From the NCBI GenBank assembly GCA_903937035.1, contig CAIZXS010000012.1, positions 18,314-82,313 on the forward strand: a DNA stretch of 64,000 nt, read 5' to 3'. Positions 37,418 through 45,961 of the stretch are shown here, piece after piece. The stretch's first letter is position 1; each line of letters opens with the position of its first letter. The position numbers and the translations under genes are program-made. Below the pieces are notes generated by a model. That model saw only the letters and a program-made list of their open reading frames with translations, was not told the origin of the DNA and did no database searches. Source of the DNA: an uncultured bacterium (GTDB lineage: Bacteria > Patescibacteriota > Minisyncoccia > Moranbacterales > UBA2206).

Positions 37418-38485
37418 ATGAATTTTCTGAAAAAAAATATATTTACTTTCGAGGATGCATATTTTGGCATTGATTTGGGCGATCTTTTTGTCAAAGTTTT
37501 GCAGTTGGAGAAAAGGGGTTCCGATGATTTTGTGCGTTCTTTTTCTATCGCTCCGATTCCTGGTGGTTGCATCGAAGATGGCCGGATAATTGATAAGAAA
37601 AAAGTTTCTCAAGTAATAAAGACGGCAATCGCGACAGCTCGACCAAAAAAAATAAATTCAAAAAAAGTCATCTGTTCCTTGCCTGAATCAAAAGTTTTTT
37701 TGCGAGTGCTTTCTATTCCTAAAATGGATAAATCAGAAATTGGCGAAGCCATAAAATGGGAAATAGAAGCGAGCATTCCGCTTTCAGTTGATCAGGTCTA
37801 TTATGACTGGCAATTGATTAGTGAAATAGCGGACAAACAAAGCATCTTGACCGTCGCTGTTTCAAGGGAGATTGTTGATGATATTCTGGAAGTTCTCGAG
37901 GGGGCCGATTTGGAGGTGTATGGCCTTGAAGCTGAGTCAATGGCTACAGCACGGAGTCTTATTAATGACTCTGGCGAAGATAAAGGAGTCTCTTTGGTTG
38001 TCGATTTGGGATCAAAGCGGACTAATTTTGTTATTGCGGAAGGTAATTTACCTTTCTTTACCTCCAGTATCCCGTTTTCCTCTAACGGTGTGACGGATGC
38101 TATTGCAAAGACATTAGGGGTAAATAGTGAAGAAGCAGAGAAAATAAAGATTTCCCAGGGCGTTGGTTGTTGTCATGACGATGATTCAGTTTTTAATTCA
38201 ATTCGTTCTTATCTTGAAGGGCTTTCTGTGGAAATAGAGAAAACAATCGATTTTTATCAAAATATAAGTAATGAATCAGGCAAGGTCGATAAAATTATTA
38301 TTTGCGGAGGAGCTAACTTGAAGGGGCTTGTTCCATATCTTGCGAAAAGACTAAAAAACAAGATTTTTATTGGCGACCCTTGGGTGAATTTGGATTTTGG
38401 TGGAAGCTTGCCCGTAATTAGCAAGGAAAAATCTATCCAATTTACAAACGCCATTGGTCTTGCAATGAAAAATAAAATAGTATGA
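37418..38485 (+). CDS. pilM: Type IV pilus assembly protein PilM (actin-like ATPase fold)
   Basis: 'FGIDLGDLFVKVLQL', 'LVVDLGSKRTNFVIAEG', 'IIICGGANLKGL'. Confidence 0.8.
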   Translation: MNFLKKNIFTFEDAYFGIDLGDLFVKVLQLEKRGSDDFVRSFSIAPIPGGCIEDGRIIDKKKVSQVIKTAIATARPKKINSKKVICSLPESKVFLRVLSIPKMDKSEIGEAIKWEIEASIPLSVDQVYYDWQLISEIADKQSILTVAVSREIVDDILEVLEGADLEVYGLEAESMATARSLINDSGEDKGVSLVVDLGSKRTNFVIAEGNLPFFTSSIPFSSNGVTDAIAKTLGVNSEEAEKIKISQGVGCCHDDDSVFNSIRSYLEGLSVEIEKTIDFYQNISNESGKVDKIIICGGANLKGLVPYLAKRLKNKIFIGDPWVNLDFGGSLPVISKEKSIQFTNAIGLAMKNKIV

Positions 38486-39039
38486 AAATAGGAATTAACT
38501 TACTTCCACCCAATAAAAAAGAGGACATTTGCAACGCAGAGCGATTTCGTTCTGTGTTGGGCTGGGAGGCGGTCATTTTTTTCCTAGCCATTCTGTTTTT
38601 CGGATTCATTTTTGGCGTTAATTATCTGCTTGATTTCAATCTTCGAGTAATAGCTGACAATAAGGTCAGTGACTCACGTGGATCAAAGCAATACGAAACA
38701 ATAAAAAACTACGAGAATAAATTTTCCGAAATTAATTCAAGGATAACTAAGATTTCCAATATCACTAGCGGCCAGATTTATTGGTCAACGTTATTTTCAA
38801 AATTAGGCAAGATAATTCCAGATAACGTTGAGATTAGCGGAATATCCACGAAAAATTTTTCAATTTTCTTTGCAGGAAAAGCTAAAAATCGGGAGGATTT
38901 ATTATTGTTTAAAAATAATTTAATTCAAGAGTCGTGTTTTGAAAATGTTAATTTGCCTCTTTCTAATTTGGTTTCAAAAGAAGATATTGTTTTTCAAATA
39001 GATTTGGAAATAAAAGAAGAATGTATTAAAAATAAATGA
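38482..39039 (+). CDS. pilN: PilN-like bitopic pilus alignment protein
   Basis: Single N-terminal TM 'VIFFLAILFFGFIFGVNYLL'. Position after pilM with 4-bp overlap. Confidence 0.55.
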   Translation: MKIGINLLPPNKKEDICNAERFRSVLGWEAVIFFLAILFFGFIFGVNYLLDFNLRVIADNKVSDSRGSKQYETIKNYENKFSEINSRITKISNITSGQIYWSTLFSKLGKIIPDNVEISGISTKNFSIFFAGKAKNREDLLLFKNNLIQESCFENVNLPLSNLVSKEDIVFQIDLEIKEECIKNK

Positions 39040-39746
39040 AAAATTTTTGGAAAAAACATAGAATAGTTCTTGTTATCAGCGCTTTTTTGCTGATTATCTT
39101 GCCTCTTTTTTGCTGGGCAGCTTCATTCATGGTAGCAAGGGTGAGAGCTAAGGCGGATCTGATTCAGGAGAAAGTGATTGATAACAATTTAGAAAAAACT
39201 AAGATTGAAAAAATACCCAAGATGGAGGAGGTAAGTGCTGAGTTTGAAAAAAATAAGGATGCTACAGGGATAATTCTCAATGCTAACAACAAAGTTGATT
39301 TTATTGAATACATTGAGTCCCTAGCAGCTGAGACAAAAAACGATGTAGAAATAAAGGTTTTGAATGATGATCAGAATAATGCGGTAGTTAAGGAAGCAAA
39401 AGCAAAAACTGTCAAAAAAGATAATGCTGGAGAAATCAAAAAAAGTATTGAGGAACGGCTGCTATATAAGCAGTATATTTCCATGCAAGTTGATTTAGTT
39501 GGGGATTATGCGGGGTTTTTGAATTTTGTGCATAAATTAGAAAATAATAAATATTATGTAAATATAGTTTCTTTTAATTTACAAAAGGAGCTTATTAATA
39601 AGGCCGACTCGTCAAAAAAACAAAATTCTTCATCTAATGGCATATTTCTCTCGCCCCCTGGTCAGGGTGACGCTGGCGCTGAAGCTGAAAATGATGGCGA
39701 GTTGATGCTTAAGAGTTCTTTGAGTATAATTGTCTATATCGAATAA
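39036..39746 (+). CDS. pilO: PilO-like bitopic pilus alignment protein
   Basis: N-terminal TM 'IVLVISAFLLIILPLFCWAASF', coiled-coil then conserved C-terminal domain. Overlaps pilN by 4 bp. Confidence 0.5.
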   Translation: MKNFWKKHRIVLVISAFLLIILPLFCWAASFMVARVRAKADLIQEKVIDNNLEKTKIEKIPKMEEVSAEFEKNKDATGIILNANNKVDFIEYIESLAAETKNDVEIKVLNDDQNNAVVKEAKAKTVKKDNAGEIKKSIEERLLYKQYISMQVDLVGDYAGFLNFVHKLENNKYYVNIVSFNLQKELINKADSSKKQNSSSNGIFLSPPGQGDAGAEAENDGELMLKSSLSIIVYIE

Positions 39747-40070
39747 ATGTTAAATTTAAAAAACATAAAAAAAGATATTGCCTCCGGAACCTTATGGGGG
39801 CAGGTGGGTAAGTTTTTTAGCGGCAATGTTAAATCGTTTGTTTTCATTTTATTTTTTATATTGTCTGGTTATTGCATATATGTCTGGTATTCATGTGTCT
39901 ATGATTATAGATGGAGCGAAGATAAGAAATCGGAATACTTAAAAACAAAGGACAAGGAGGTCACGTTTAATCGAAAAAAGTTCCAGGAGATTGTGGAAAA
40001 AGAGCAAAAAAGAGAAGAGGAGTATGACAAAAAAATAACAGTAGAGAGGGATATTTTTGGAATAAAATAG
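39747..40070 (+). CDS. Small bitopic membrane protein with Lys/Glu-rich tail, hypothetical (pilus cluster member)
   Basis: TM 'FVFILFFILSGYCIYVWY'; charged C-terminus. Confidence 0.45.
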   Translation: MLNLKNIKKDIASGTLWGQVGKFFSGNVKSFVFILFFILSGYCIYVWYSCVYDYRWSEDKKSEYLKTKDKEVTFNRKKFQEIVEKEQKREEEYDKKITVERDIFGIK

Positions 40071-40080
40071 TTTTTCAATA

Positions 40081-40110
40081 AAAAAATGACCGTGAGTGGT
40101 CATTTTTTTG
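40081..40110. terminator. Bidirectional rho-independent terminator (aaaaaatgaccgtgagtggtcattttttt)
   Basis: 7-bp stem ATGACC..GGTCAT flanked by A-run and T-run. Sits between the + pil operon and the minus tRNA operon. Confidence 0.7.
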
Positions 40111-40262
40111 TGCGCCGGACAGGAACTGAGCTTTAATTTTAAAAGCCTAATATCAAATTTCCAATCAAATCCAAAATTCAAAGTCCAAAGCATTTTTGAC
40201 ATTTGGATTTCGAGTTTTGCTTGACATTGGAAATTTGAGCTTTGAAGTTATTCATTTCTACG

Positions 40263-40336
40263 TGCGCCCTGAGGGACTCGAACCCCCGACCCTCTGGTCC
40301 GAAGCCAGATGCTCTAATCCGCTGAGCTAAGGGCGC
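40263..40336 (-). tRNA. tRNA-Arg (anticodon TCG as read)
   Basis: Minus-strand cloverleaf: GCGCCCT/AGGGCGC acceptor, D-arm GCTC..GAGC, anticodon stem TCTGG/CCAGA with loop CTTCGGA, T-arm GGGGG TTCGAGT CCCTC. Confidence 0.8.
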
Positions 40337-40365
40337 ATAGACACTTTCTTATTTCGTTTCTAAAA

Positions 40366-40437
40366 TTTTCAGGGGGGTGGCTAGAGAGAATCGAACTCTC
40401 GACGCAGGTACCACAAACCCGAGTTTTACCACTAAAC
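40366..40437 (-). tRNA. tRNA-His (GTG) with encoded G-1
   Basis: Acceptor GTGGCTA/TAGCCAC with extra 5' G opposite discriminator C. Anticodon stem CGGGT/ACCTG, loop TTGTGGT. T-arm GAGAG TTCGATT CTCTC. Confidence 0.8.
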
Positions 40438-40462
40438 TATAGCCACCACTCTGAAAACTTTA

Positions 40463-40535
40463 ATTTTTCCTGTGCCCTCACCAAGATTCGAACTTGGGAC
40501 CATCTCCTTAAGAGGGAGCTGCTCTACCAACTGAG
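40463..40535 (-). tRNA. tRNA-Lys (CTT)
   Basis: Acceptor GCCCTTA/TGAGGGC, D-arm GCTC AGTTGGTA GAGC, anticodon loop CTCTTAA, T-arm CCAAG TTCGAAT CTTGG. Confidence 0.8.
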
Positions 40536-40544
40536 CTATAAGGG

Positions 40545-40640
40545 CGAAACCATGAAACATGTAGCATAAAACATGTAACAGGATAAATTATACATCAAAT
40601 CATGCTTTTGTTACATGCTGCATGTTTTATGTTTCATGAG
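40545..40640. repeat. Imperfect ~30-bp-arm palindrome in tRNA operon spacer (catgaaacatgtagcataaaacatgtaaca ... tgttacatgctgcatgttttatgtttcatg)
   Basis: Arms are near reverse complements with permuted inner 7-mers. Shares the atgaaacatgtaaca motif with two coding regions (7117, 62739). Confidence 0.6.
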
Positions 40641-40644
40641 AAAG

Positions 40645-40717
40645 TGCGCCGGGCAGGAATCGAACCTGCGACCAATAGCTTAGAAGGCTACTGCTCTATC
40701 CACTGAGCTACCGGCGC
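40645..40717 (-). tRNA. tRNA-Arg (TCT)
   Basis: Acceptor GCGCCGG/CCGGCGC, anticodon stem GTAGC/GCTAT with loop CTTCTAA, T-arm GCAGG TTCGATT CCTGC. Confidence 0.8.
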
Positions 40718-40824
40718 AGATAACACTGAGAACTATTCGAGATAAAAAATTGCCCATTGGCAATGGTATTAGCTTATCAAAGATAGGCAACTAAGTCAAT
40801 CCTTGGATAATTATACCGTATAGC

Positions 40825-42132
40825 TTAATTTATCCCATGCTCTTTTTTGTAGACTTTCCATTCCCGGTCAGACCAATTTTTTGGTTTTTTAGTGAGTAGG
40901 CCAGAGGTTTCTCCTGGATGGGGAAACTTAGATGGTGATTCGTAGTTGCTCTTGAAAACATCTTCGCGGATCAAGTTGCCATCTTTGTCATTGATTTGTT
41001 GTGTGAAGGTGGTCTTCATTGAGCCATCCGGATTTTTTTCTAAGATTGTTGGACCAATGACGGTCGTTTTTCTTCCATCAGAGGTGCCATAAAACTGAAA
41101 GGTTAATTCTGTGCCGACAATTTTCGTCTGAATTAGGATGTAATTAGGCGTGTCATTTTTAAAGCGCAGATCTGGTTTGGGGATATAGACGGTTGAATCC
41201 ATCCCTTGAGGATTGTAATACCCTACAGGATAGGCGTGGTTCCTCCTCGCAGTGATTTCTAGTCCGGAGTAAATTGCCGCGCGAAAAGCGGTTGTTGAAA
41301 CTTGGCAGATTCCTCCGCCGAATTCTGGTTCAGTTTTATCATGCTTGATAACTAGTTCTGGTAGATAGCCATGTTCACCGTCAACTTCACCTAAGACTTT
41401 CACAAATGAAAATTCCTCTCCGGGTTTAATAAGAAGACCGTTGAAGCGATCGGTGGCAACGTTGATATTGAAAATTCGATTTTTTGGTGAGCCTCTGAAG
41501 TTCGAACGACCTTCACCAATCAGCGTGTCTATTCCCATATTATCGACCGAATCAATAGCGACAATAGGGTTGATATCCTGGTATGGCAGGTCTATCTTAG
41601 TATTAGTTGATTTGTTTTTTAAGGCAGCTAATATCAATTCAAGACTTTTTGTCTTATCAAGTTTGAAGCCTTTTTCGCTCAATAAGAAAAGTGAAACCTT
41701 TCCTTCTTCAACTTTAAATTTAGAATCAGCTGGCTCTTTATTCATTTTGGTGGCAAGGCTAGTAATGGATTTCCTTATCATTTCCATATCCAACGTCACA
41801 AAGATGTTTTGCTTAAAGCCACTTTCCTTGCGATAGCTGAAGTCTATCTTACAAAGAAGCGATTTTTTATATGCACAAAAGTTGCCATTTTCTATCTCAG
41901 CTTTATAGCTTTTTGTGTAGCTGAGTGAGGGCTTGATTTTGAGCCAGTTAGCTATCTCTGACGCTGGAATAGAGATGTCTTGGTCTTTTACTTTTAGGAC
42001 TAAATCAGTTTCAAAATTCGCGCTAAATTCTTGTATCGTTAAAAAACCCAAATCAGCCCCTTCGGCCAAACAGCTAGGCGAGAGGAAAAATAGGAAAAAT
42101 AAAAAAACAGCGAAATAATAGATGAGTTTCAT
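40825..42132 (-). CDS. VanW-family protein with N-terminal signal/TM
   Basis: 'LIKPGEEFSFVKVLGEVDGEHGY...GGGICQVSTTAFRAAIYSGL' is the VanW domain signature. Confidence 0.75.
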   Translation of the reverse strand: MKLIYYFAVFLFFLFFLSPSCLAEGADLGFLTIQEFSANFETDLVLKVKDQDISIPASEIANWLKIKPSLSYTKSYKAEIENGNFCAYKKSLLCKIDFSYRKESGFKQNIFVTLDMEMIRKSITSLATKMNKEPADSKFKVEEGKVSLFLLSEKGFKLDKTKSLELILAALKNKSTNTKIDLPYQDINPIVAIDSVDNMGIDTLIGEGRSNFRGSPKNRIFNINVATDRFNGLLIKPGEEFSFVKVLGEVDGEHGYLPELVIKHDKTEPEFGGGICQVSTTAFRAAIYSGLEITARRNHAYPVGYYNPQGMDSTVYIPKPDLRFKNDTPNYILIQTKIVGTELTFQFYGTSDGRKTTVIGPTILEKNPDGSMKTTFTQQINDKDGNLIREDVFKSNYESPSKFPHPGETSGLLTKKPKNWSDREWKVYKKEHGIN

Positions 42133-42244
42133 ATTATTAAGAATACATCAAGGATAAGCTAAAATCAAGGCGGATGCCCATGTCTATAAAAAACAAAACC
42201 TCGCAGTAATAGCGAGGTTAAAAAGACGTAGATATGTTGACTAA

Positions 42245-42802
42245 TTAGAATCCTCGAACTTGAATTTTTTTCGACTTATTGCTGTCAGCTTTGGGCATTC
42301 TTACTGTCAAAATTCCATTTTTCATGGAAGCCTCAATCTTGTCGGCAACAACATCAATTGGTAAAATTACAGAACGCGAAAACGAACCCCAATAGCACTC
42401 CTGGTAGTAGTAATTTTCTTCCATGACCTGCTCATCATTTTTTCTTTCTCCACGAATTGTGAGCATGTCGTTGTTGATGCTAACATCAAGATCTTCTGGT
42501 TTTACTCCTGCGATGGTTGATTTGATGACAATGTCATTATCTGTCTGGTAAACATCAATAGTTAATTGGCCTTCGTTATTTTCCAAATCATTAGGCTGAC
42601 TTTCTTCCCTTGCTTCTCTGGAAAAGTGACTGGGCGTTGAATGTGTTGCAATTTCTCTTTCCATTTCAATCTCCTCGTCTTCTCCATACATACTCACACT
42701 TGGTGAAATCGTTCGCTCGGAGATGTATGTATCTTCTTCTATCGTTCTTGCTCCAGTTAGTCTTTCGAGAAAAGATTTTTTTATTTTGGTCATAAGTTTC
42801 AA
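42245..42802 (-). CDS. Hsp20/alpha-crystallin family small heat-shock protein
   Basis: 'LTIDVYQTDNDIVIKSTIAGVKPEDLDVSINNDMLTIRGERK...GSFSRSVILP...ASMKNGILTVRMPK'. Confidence 0.85.
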   Translation of the reverse strand: MKLMTKIKKSFLERLTGARTIEEDTYISERTISPSVSMYGEDEEIEMEREIATHSTPSHFSREAREESQPNDLENNEGQLTIDVYQTDNDIVIKSTIAGVKPEDLDVSINNDMLTIRGERKNDEQVMEENYYYQECYWGSFSRSVILPIDVVADKIEASMKNGILTVRMPKADSNKSKKIQVRGF

Positions 42803-42873
42803 AAAATTATTTATTACTCTATGTTTAAATTATAGCTGACTATCAGTATTTGGCAAGTTAATTGTATATTCGT

Positions 42874-43320
42874 TTAATTCAGGCGTAAAATGAGAAGATT
42901 ATAGAGAAAATGCACTAAAATATTTAGACCAAGAAAGAAAATACTTAGGCTTATTTGGGTGGTAGTATTTTTTCGGAAAAATAATCCCAAAAGTGAAGCT
43001 GTGAGAATGTGAACGAGAAAAACTCCAATAATCGGAAATAGAAGGTTCTTCTCATAGGATAATTGTTTTAGAAATATGTCGATAGATGCAAAGCCCAGTC
43101 CGATAAGAAATGCTCCAGAAAGGATTTTTTCTTTCACTTTTAATTTTGCATAGTGATTGTAAATGAAGATGAATTTTATCGTCTCTTCAATTGTGGCAGT
43201 GAACAGAAGGAATATCAAAGAGGTTTCGGACAGGGTCAACCCAAAAATTGGTGGACTTAGCTCCAAAATTAATGCTCCAAGAGCGGCGATTATTCCTTCA
43301 AAGAAAGCTTGAATAGGCAT
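42874..43320 (-). CDS. Second PrsW-like/CPBP-like intramembrane protease family protein (148 aa)
   Basis: 'IEETIKF' (EExxK), 'FASIDIF', 'HFLYN' (HxxxN). Polytopic; paralogous pattern to 20708-21175. Confidence 0.45.
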   Translation of the reverse strand: MPIQAFFEGIIAALGALILELSPPIFGLTLSETSLIFLLFTATIEETIKFIFIYNHYAKLKVKEKILSGAFLIGLGFASIDIFLKQLSYEKNLLFPIIGVFLVHILTASLLGLFFRKNTTTQISLSIFFLGLNILVHFLYNLLILRLN

Positions 43321-43396
43321 GGTTGGTTTTTGTTTTGAAAAATATTATTAAATTTATTCCTGACGAAAAACTTCCGAAAAAATATCTTACCCACTT

Positions 43397-43605
43397 TGTC
43401 ATTCCCGCACCCATTTCACGAGCATGAGTTCCGGCGGCCTGCCTGCCGGTAGACAGGGAATCCAGTTTCTGGTCTATATTAAAATACGAAATCGTTCTGG
43501 TTAGAATCTTTTGCTTATCAAGACGCGAAGATGGTTGTGCTTTATTGAGTTTTCCTACTAGATTCCCGCCGGAGTTTATGCTCGTGAAACGGGTGCGGGA
43601 ATGAC
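43397..43605. repeat. MITE-like palindromic element (~209 bp) with TIRs TGTCATTCCCGCACCC / GGGTGCGGGAATGACA and ~45-bp imperfect palindromic arms
   Basis: Terminal 16-mers are exact reverse complements. Subterminal catttcacgagcatgagttccggcgg / ccgccggagtttatgctcgtgaaacg are complementary. Abuts the tsaD stop codon. Confidence 0.7.
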
Positions 43606-43607
43606 AC

Positions 43608-44660
43608 TTATAATTTCAAACTCGCGCTTGTCTCCATATTTTTCCAAGTATCCTCCATGCCTTTTTTATTTTTTAAATTTTTCCAGCGATAATATCCTGC
43701 TATGGCAATCATAGCGGAATTGTCCATGCTGTAAGTTAGCTCTGGTATGAGACAGGTTGTATTTTTCAAGTTTTCTTTTACGCTTAGTTCTAGTTTTTTT
43801 CGCAAAGCCATATTTGCGCTAACCCCGCCGGCCAAGAGAATCGTTTTTGGCGTATGTTTTTTGGCGGCGCGAATAGTTTTGGCAATCAAAACATCTGTGA
43901 CGGCAGTCTGAAATTCTTGGCACATTTCAGATATATAGTTATGATCCTTTAGATTTTCTGGATTTTTTTTTGTGGCATAAAGTACGGCAGTCTTTAGGCC
44001 AGAAAAAGAAAAGTTAAAATTAGCAGACTTGAGCATCGGACGGGGGAGTGTGATTTGGAATTTTTTCTCTCCAGAAAATGCATCTGCAAATTTCGCCACG
44101 GCCGGACCACCAGGATAGCCCAAACTCAAAATGCGCGCGACCTTATCAAACGCTTCGCCAACTGCATCATCGACTGTTTCTCCGATAATTTCATAGCTCA
44201 GATGTTTTTGCATTAAAATTAGTTGAGTGTGGCCGCCGGAAACAATCAGACCAAGGATGGGAAATTTTAGCTTATCGATTTTGTTAGAAATAAAGTTGGC
44301 GTAAATATGACCCTCGATGTGATGGATTCCGATGAGTGGTACGCGCCAGAGATAGGACAATGTTTTTGCGGTGGTCGTGCCGACAAGTAGCGCAGGAATA
44401 AGTCCTGGCCCATTTGTGACAGCAATTAAATCTAAATTTTCTGGTTTTTTCCCAGCTTTTTTGAGCGCAGTTTCAATGACGGGTAGGATATTCTTTAAAT
44501 GTTCTCTGGCTGCTAGATTTGGCACAACACCACCCCACTTGGCATGGAGCGTAATTTGAGAGGAGACGATATTGGAAAGTACCATGACTTGGTCATTTTC
44601 CACCTCCAAAACGGAAGCCGCCGTTTCATCGCAAGATGTTTCTAATCCTAAAATTAGCAT
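43608..44660 (-). CDS. tsaD: tRNA N6-threonylcarbamoyladenosine synthase TsaD (Kae1/Gcp family)
   Basis: 'MLILGLETSCDETAASVLE', 'GIHHIEGHIYANF', 'VSGGHTQLIL', 'LLAGGVSANMALR'. Confidence 0.9.
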   Translation of the reverse strand: MLILGLETSCDETAASVLEVENDQVMVLSNIVSSQITLHAKWGGVVPNLAAREHLKNILPVIETALKKAGKKPENLDLIAVTNGPGLIPALLVGTTTAKTLSYLWRVPLIGIHHIEGHIYANFISNKIDKLKFPILGLIVSGGHTQLILMQKHLSYEIIGETVDDAVGEAFDKVARILSLGYPGGPAVAKFADAFSGEKKFQITLPRPMLKSANFNFSFSGLKTAVLYATKKNPENLKDHNYISEMCQEFQTAVTDVLIAKTIRAAKKHTPKTILLAGGVSANMALRKKLELSVKENLKNTTCLIPELTYSMDNSAMIAIAGYYRWKNLKNKKGMEDTWKNMETSASLKL

Positions 44661-44827
44661 AAGATTTCACAGTTTATCCTTTTATCTTAGTTGAAATAGG
44701 GGATAATTGCAATTTTTATTGACTTTCCAGGAGGAATCGAGTAAACTATTAAGTCAAATAGCTCATTGTCAATCAATCTTGAATCATAAAAATGATTCGA
44801 AAACATATAGAAAGGAGAAAATCAGTT

Positions 44828-45634
44828 ATGGAGAAATTAATCTTAACCTTGTTGATGATTATTATTGTAGTCTCAATTGCGGAGACTACCTTTTCTGGAG
44901 ATATTAATCCGCATATAAGAATGGCCTGTGAATGGCGTCAAAGCGTTATCGACATTGCAACGGAATTGGGAAGTCAGGAGGTAAATGAGCTTATTAGTCA
45001 GGTCGAGGAAAGGCTTATAGTAGGGAAAGCTCTTATTGGGGTAATTGAGCTTATGGAGCAAAAAAATGCCTCAGATTGGGTTCTTATTATTCCAATATTG
45101 GAGGAAAAAGAATTGTGGGAAAATTGGAAAAATCTTTTCCTATTTTCTCCAGTTCAATTTGTGTCCGTTACTCGTTCTATAATGATCGATGGGAGCGCAA
45201 ATTTCAGCCATATAGGAATGGCGCTGACTACCCTTCGGGAATATTATCGGGCAGCTCATTCTAGTGAGGAAGGATGTGAATGGCGTGCTCAGGCTTTTTT
45301 GAATAAGTGTATGTCTTTCCTCGGAGGGAAGGCTTACAATAAATTGGTGTATGCCCAGGCCAGAAGAATGACTAACGAGATAGCGAGGCAGAGTTATTGC
45401 GATCTAGGCTATTTTATTCCAAAGCCGGTTAAGCATGGTAAAAAATTAGAGAGGATTTTTGGAAAACCATTCTCCAAAGAAGAGGACTATTTTTTCCAGA
45501 TGAATCTTTGGATCCATGCTCTATTTATTATGATTGATAGCGATCCAGAAGTCGGAGATGCGAGTGACCAAAAATCCAAGCTCATAGAAATTCTCAAATA
45601 CTATGAGCGCGGAGGTTCGGTTGGTTGGCATTAG
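44828..45634 (+). CDS. Secreted hypothetical protein (signal peptide MEKLILTLLMIIIVVSIAETTFSG)
   Basis: SD aggagaaaa before ATG at 44828. No recognisable domain. Confidence 0.5.
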   Translation: MEKLILTLLMIIIVVSIAETTFSGDINPHIRMACEWRQSVIDIATELGSQEVNELISQVEERLIVGKALIGVIELMEQKNASDWVLIIPILEEKELWENWKNLFLFSPVQFVSVTRSIMIDGSANFSHIGMALTTLREYYRAAHSSEEGCEWRAQAFLNKCMSFLGGKAYNKLVYAQARRMTNEIARQSYCDLGYFIPKPVKHGKKLERIFGKPFSKEEDYFFQMNLWIHALFIMIDSDPEVGDASDQKSKLIEILKYYERGGSVGWH

Positions 45635-45663
45635 TTGTTCTTTTTTATATGTATTTTCATAAA

Positions 45664-45713
45664 CACTTTGGGTGGCTGTATATTTTTACAGCCATTCCAA
45701 GGTGTTTTTTGTT
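45664..45713 (+). terminator. Rho-independent terminator (long hairpin tgggtggctgta...acagccattcca + T-run)
   Basis: Stem-loop followed by ggtgtttttt. Confidence 0.5.
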
Positions 45714-45807
45714 TGTTGCCTAAGTACTGGATTTATTTTTTAGGATGTGCTATTATCTTTTCTAGGTAAATAAATTGGAAAAAGCAGGTATGCTTTGTTT
45801 TGATTTT

Positions 45808-45838
45808 GGCCCCATCGTCTATCGGTTAGGACATCAGG
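45808..45838 (+). pseudogene. 5' half of a tRNA-Glu copy (acceptor + D-arm + 5' anticodon stem), truncated
   Basis: ggccccatcgtctatcggttaggacatcagg is identical to the first 31 nt of the complete tRNA-Glu at 45864. Followed by tttttttaccccacaccaattttaat. Confidence 0.7.
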
Positions 45839-45863
45839 TTTTTTTACCCCACACCAATTTTAA

Positions 45864-45935
45864 TGGCCCCATCGTCTATCGGTTAGGACATCAGGTTTTC
45901 ATCCTGAAAAGAGGGGTCCGACTCCCCTTGGGGCT
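45864..45935 (+). tRNA. tRNA-Glu (TTC), complete; T-loop TCCGACT (C at position 54)
   Basis: Acceptor GGCCCCA/TGGGGCT, D-arm GTCT ATCGGTTA GGAC, anticodon stem TCAGG/CCTGA with loop TTTTCAT, T-arm AGGGG TCCGACT CCCCT. Confidence 0.8.
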
Positions 45936-45961
45936 ACAGGCCCAAAATTGGTGTGGGGCAA

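Noticed and set aside
40140-40258. Cluster of short inverted repeats (aaatttccaat/attggaaattt, caaatccaaa/tttggatttc, ttcaaag/ctttgaa) downstream of the tRNA operon
   Set aside because: Arms are not colinear, so no single hairpin forms. Most simply explained as AT-rich low-complexity 3' trailer sequence.
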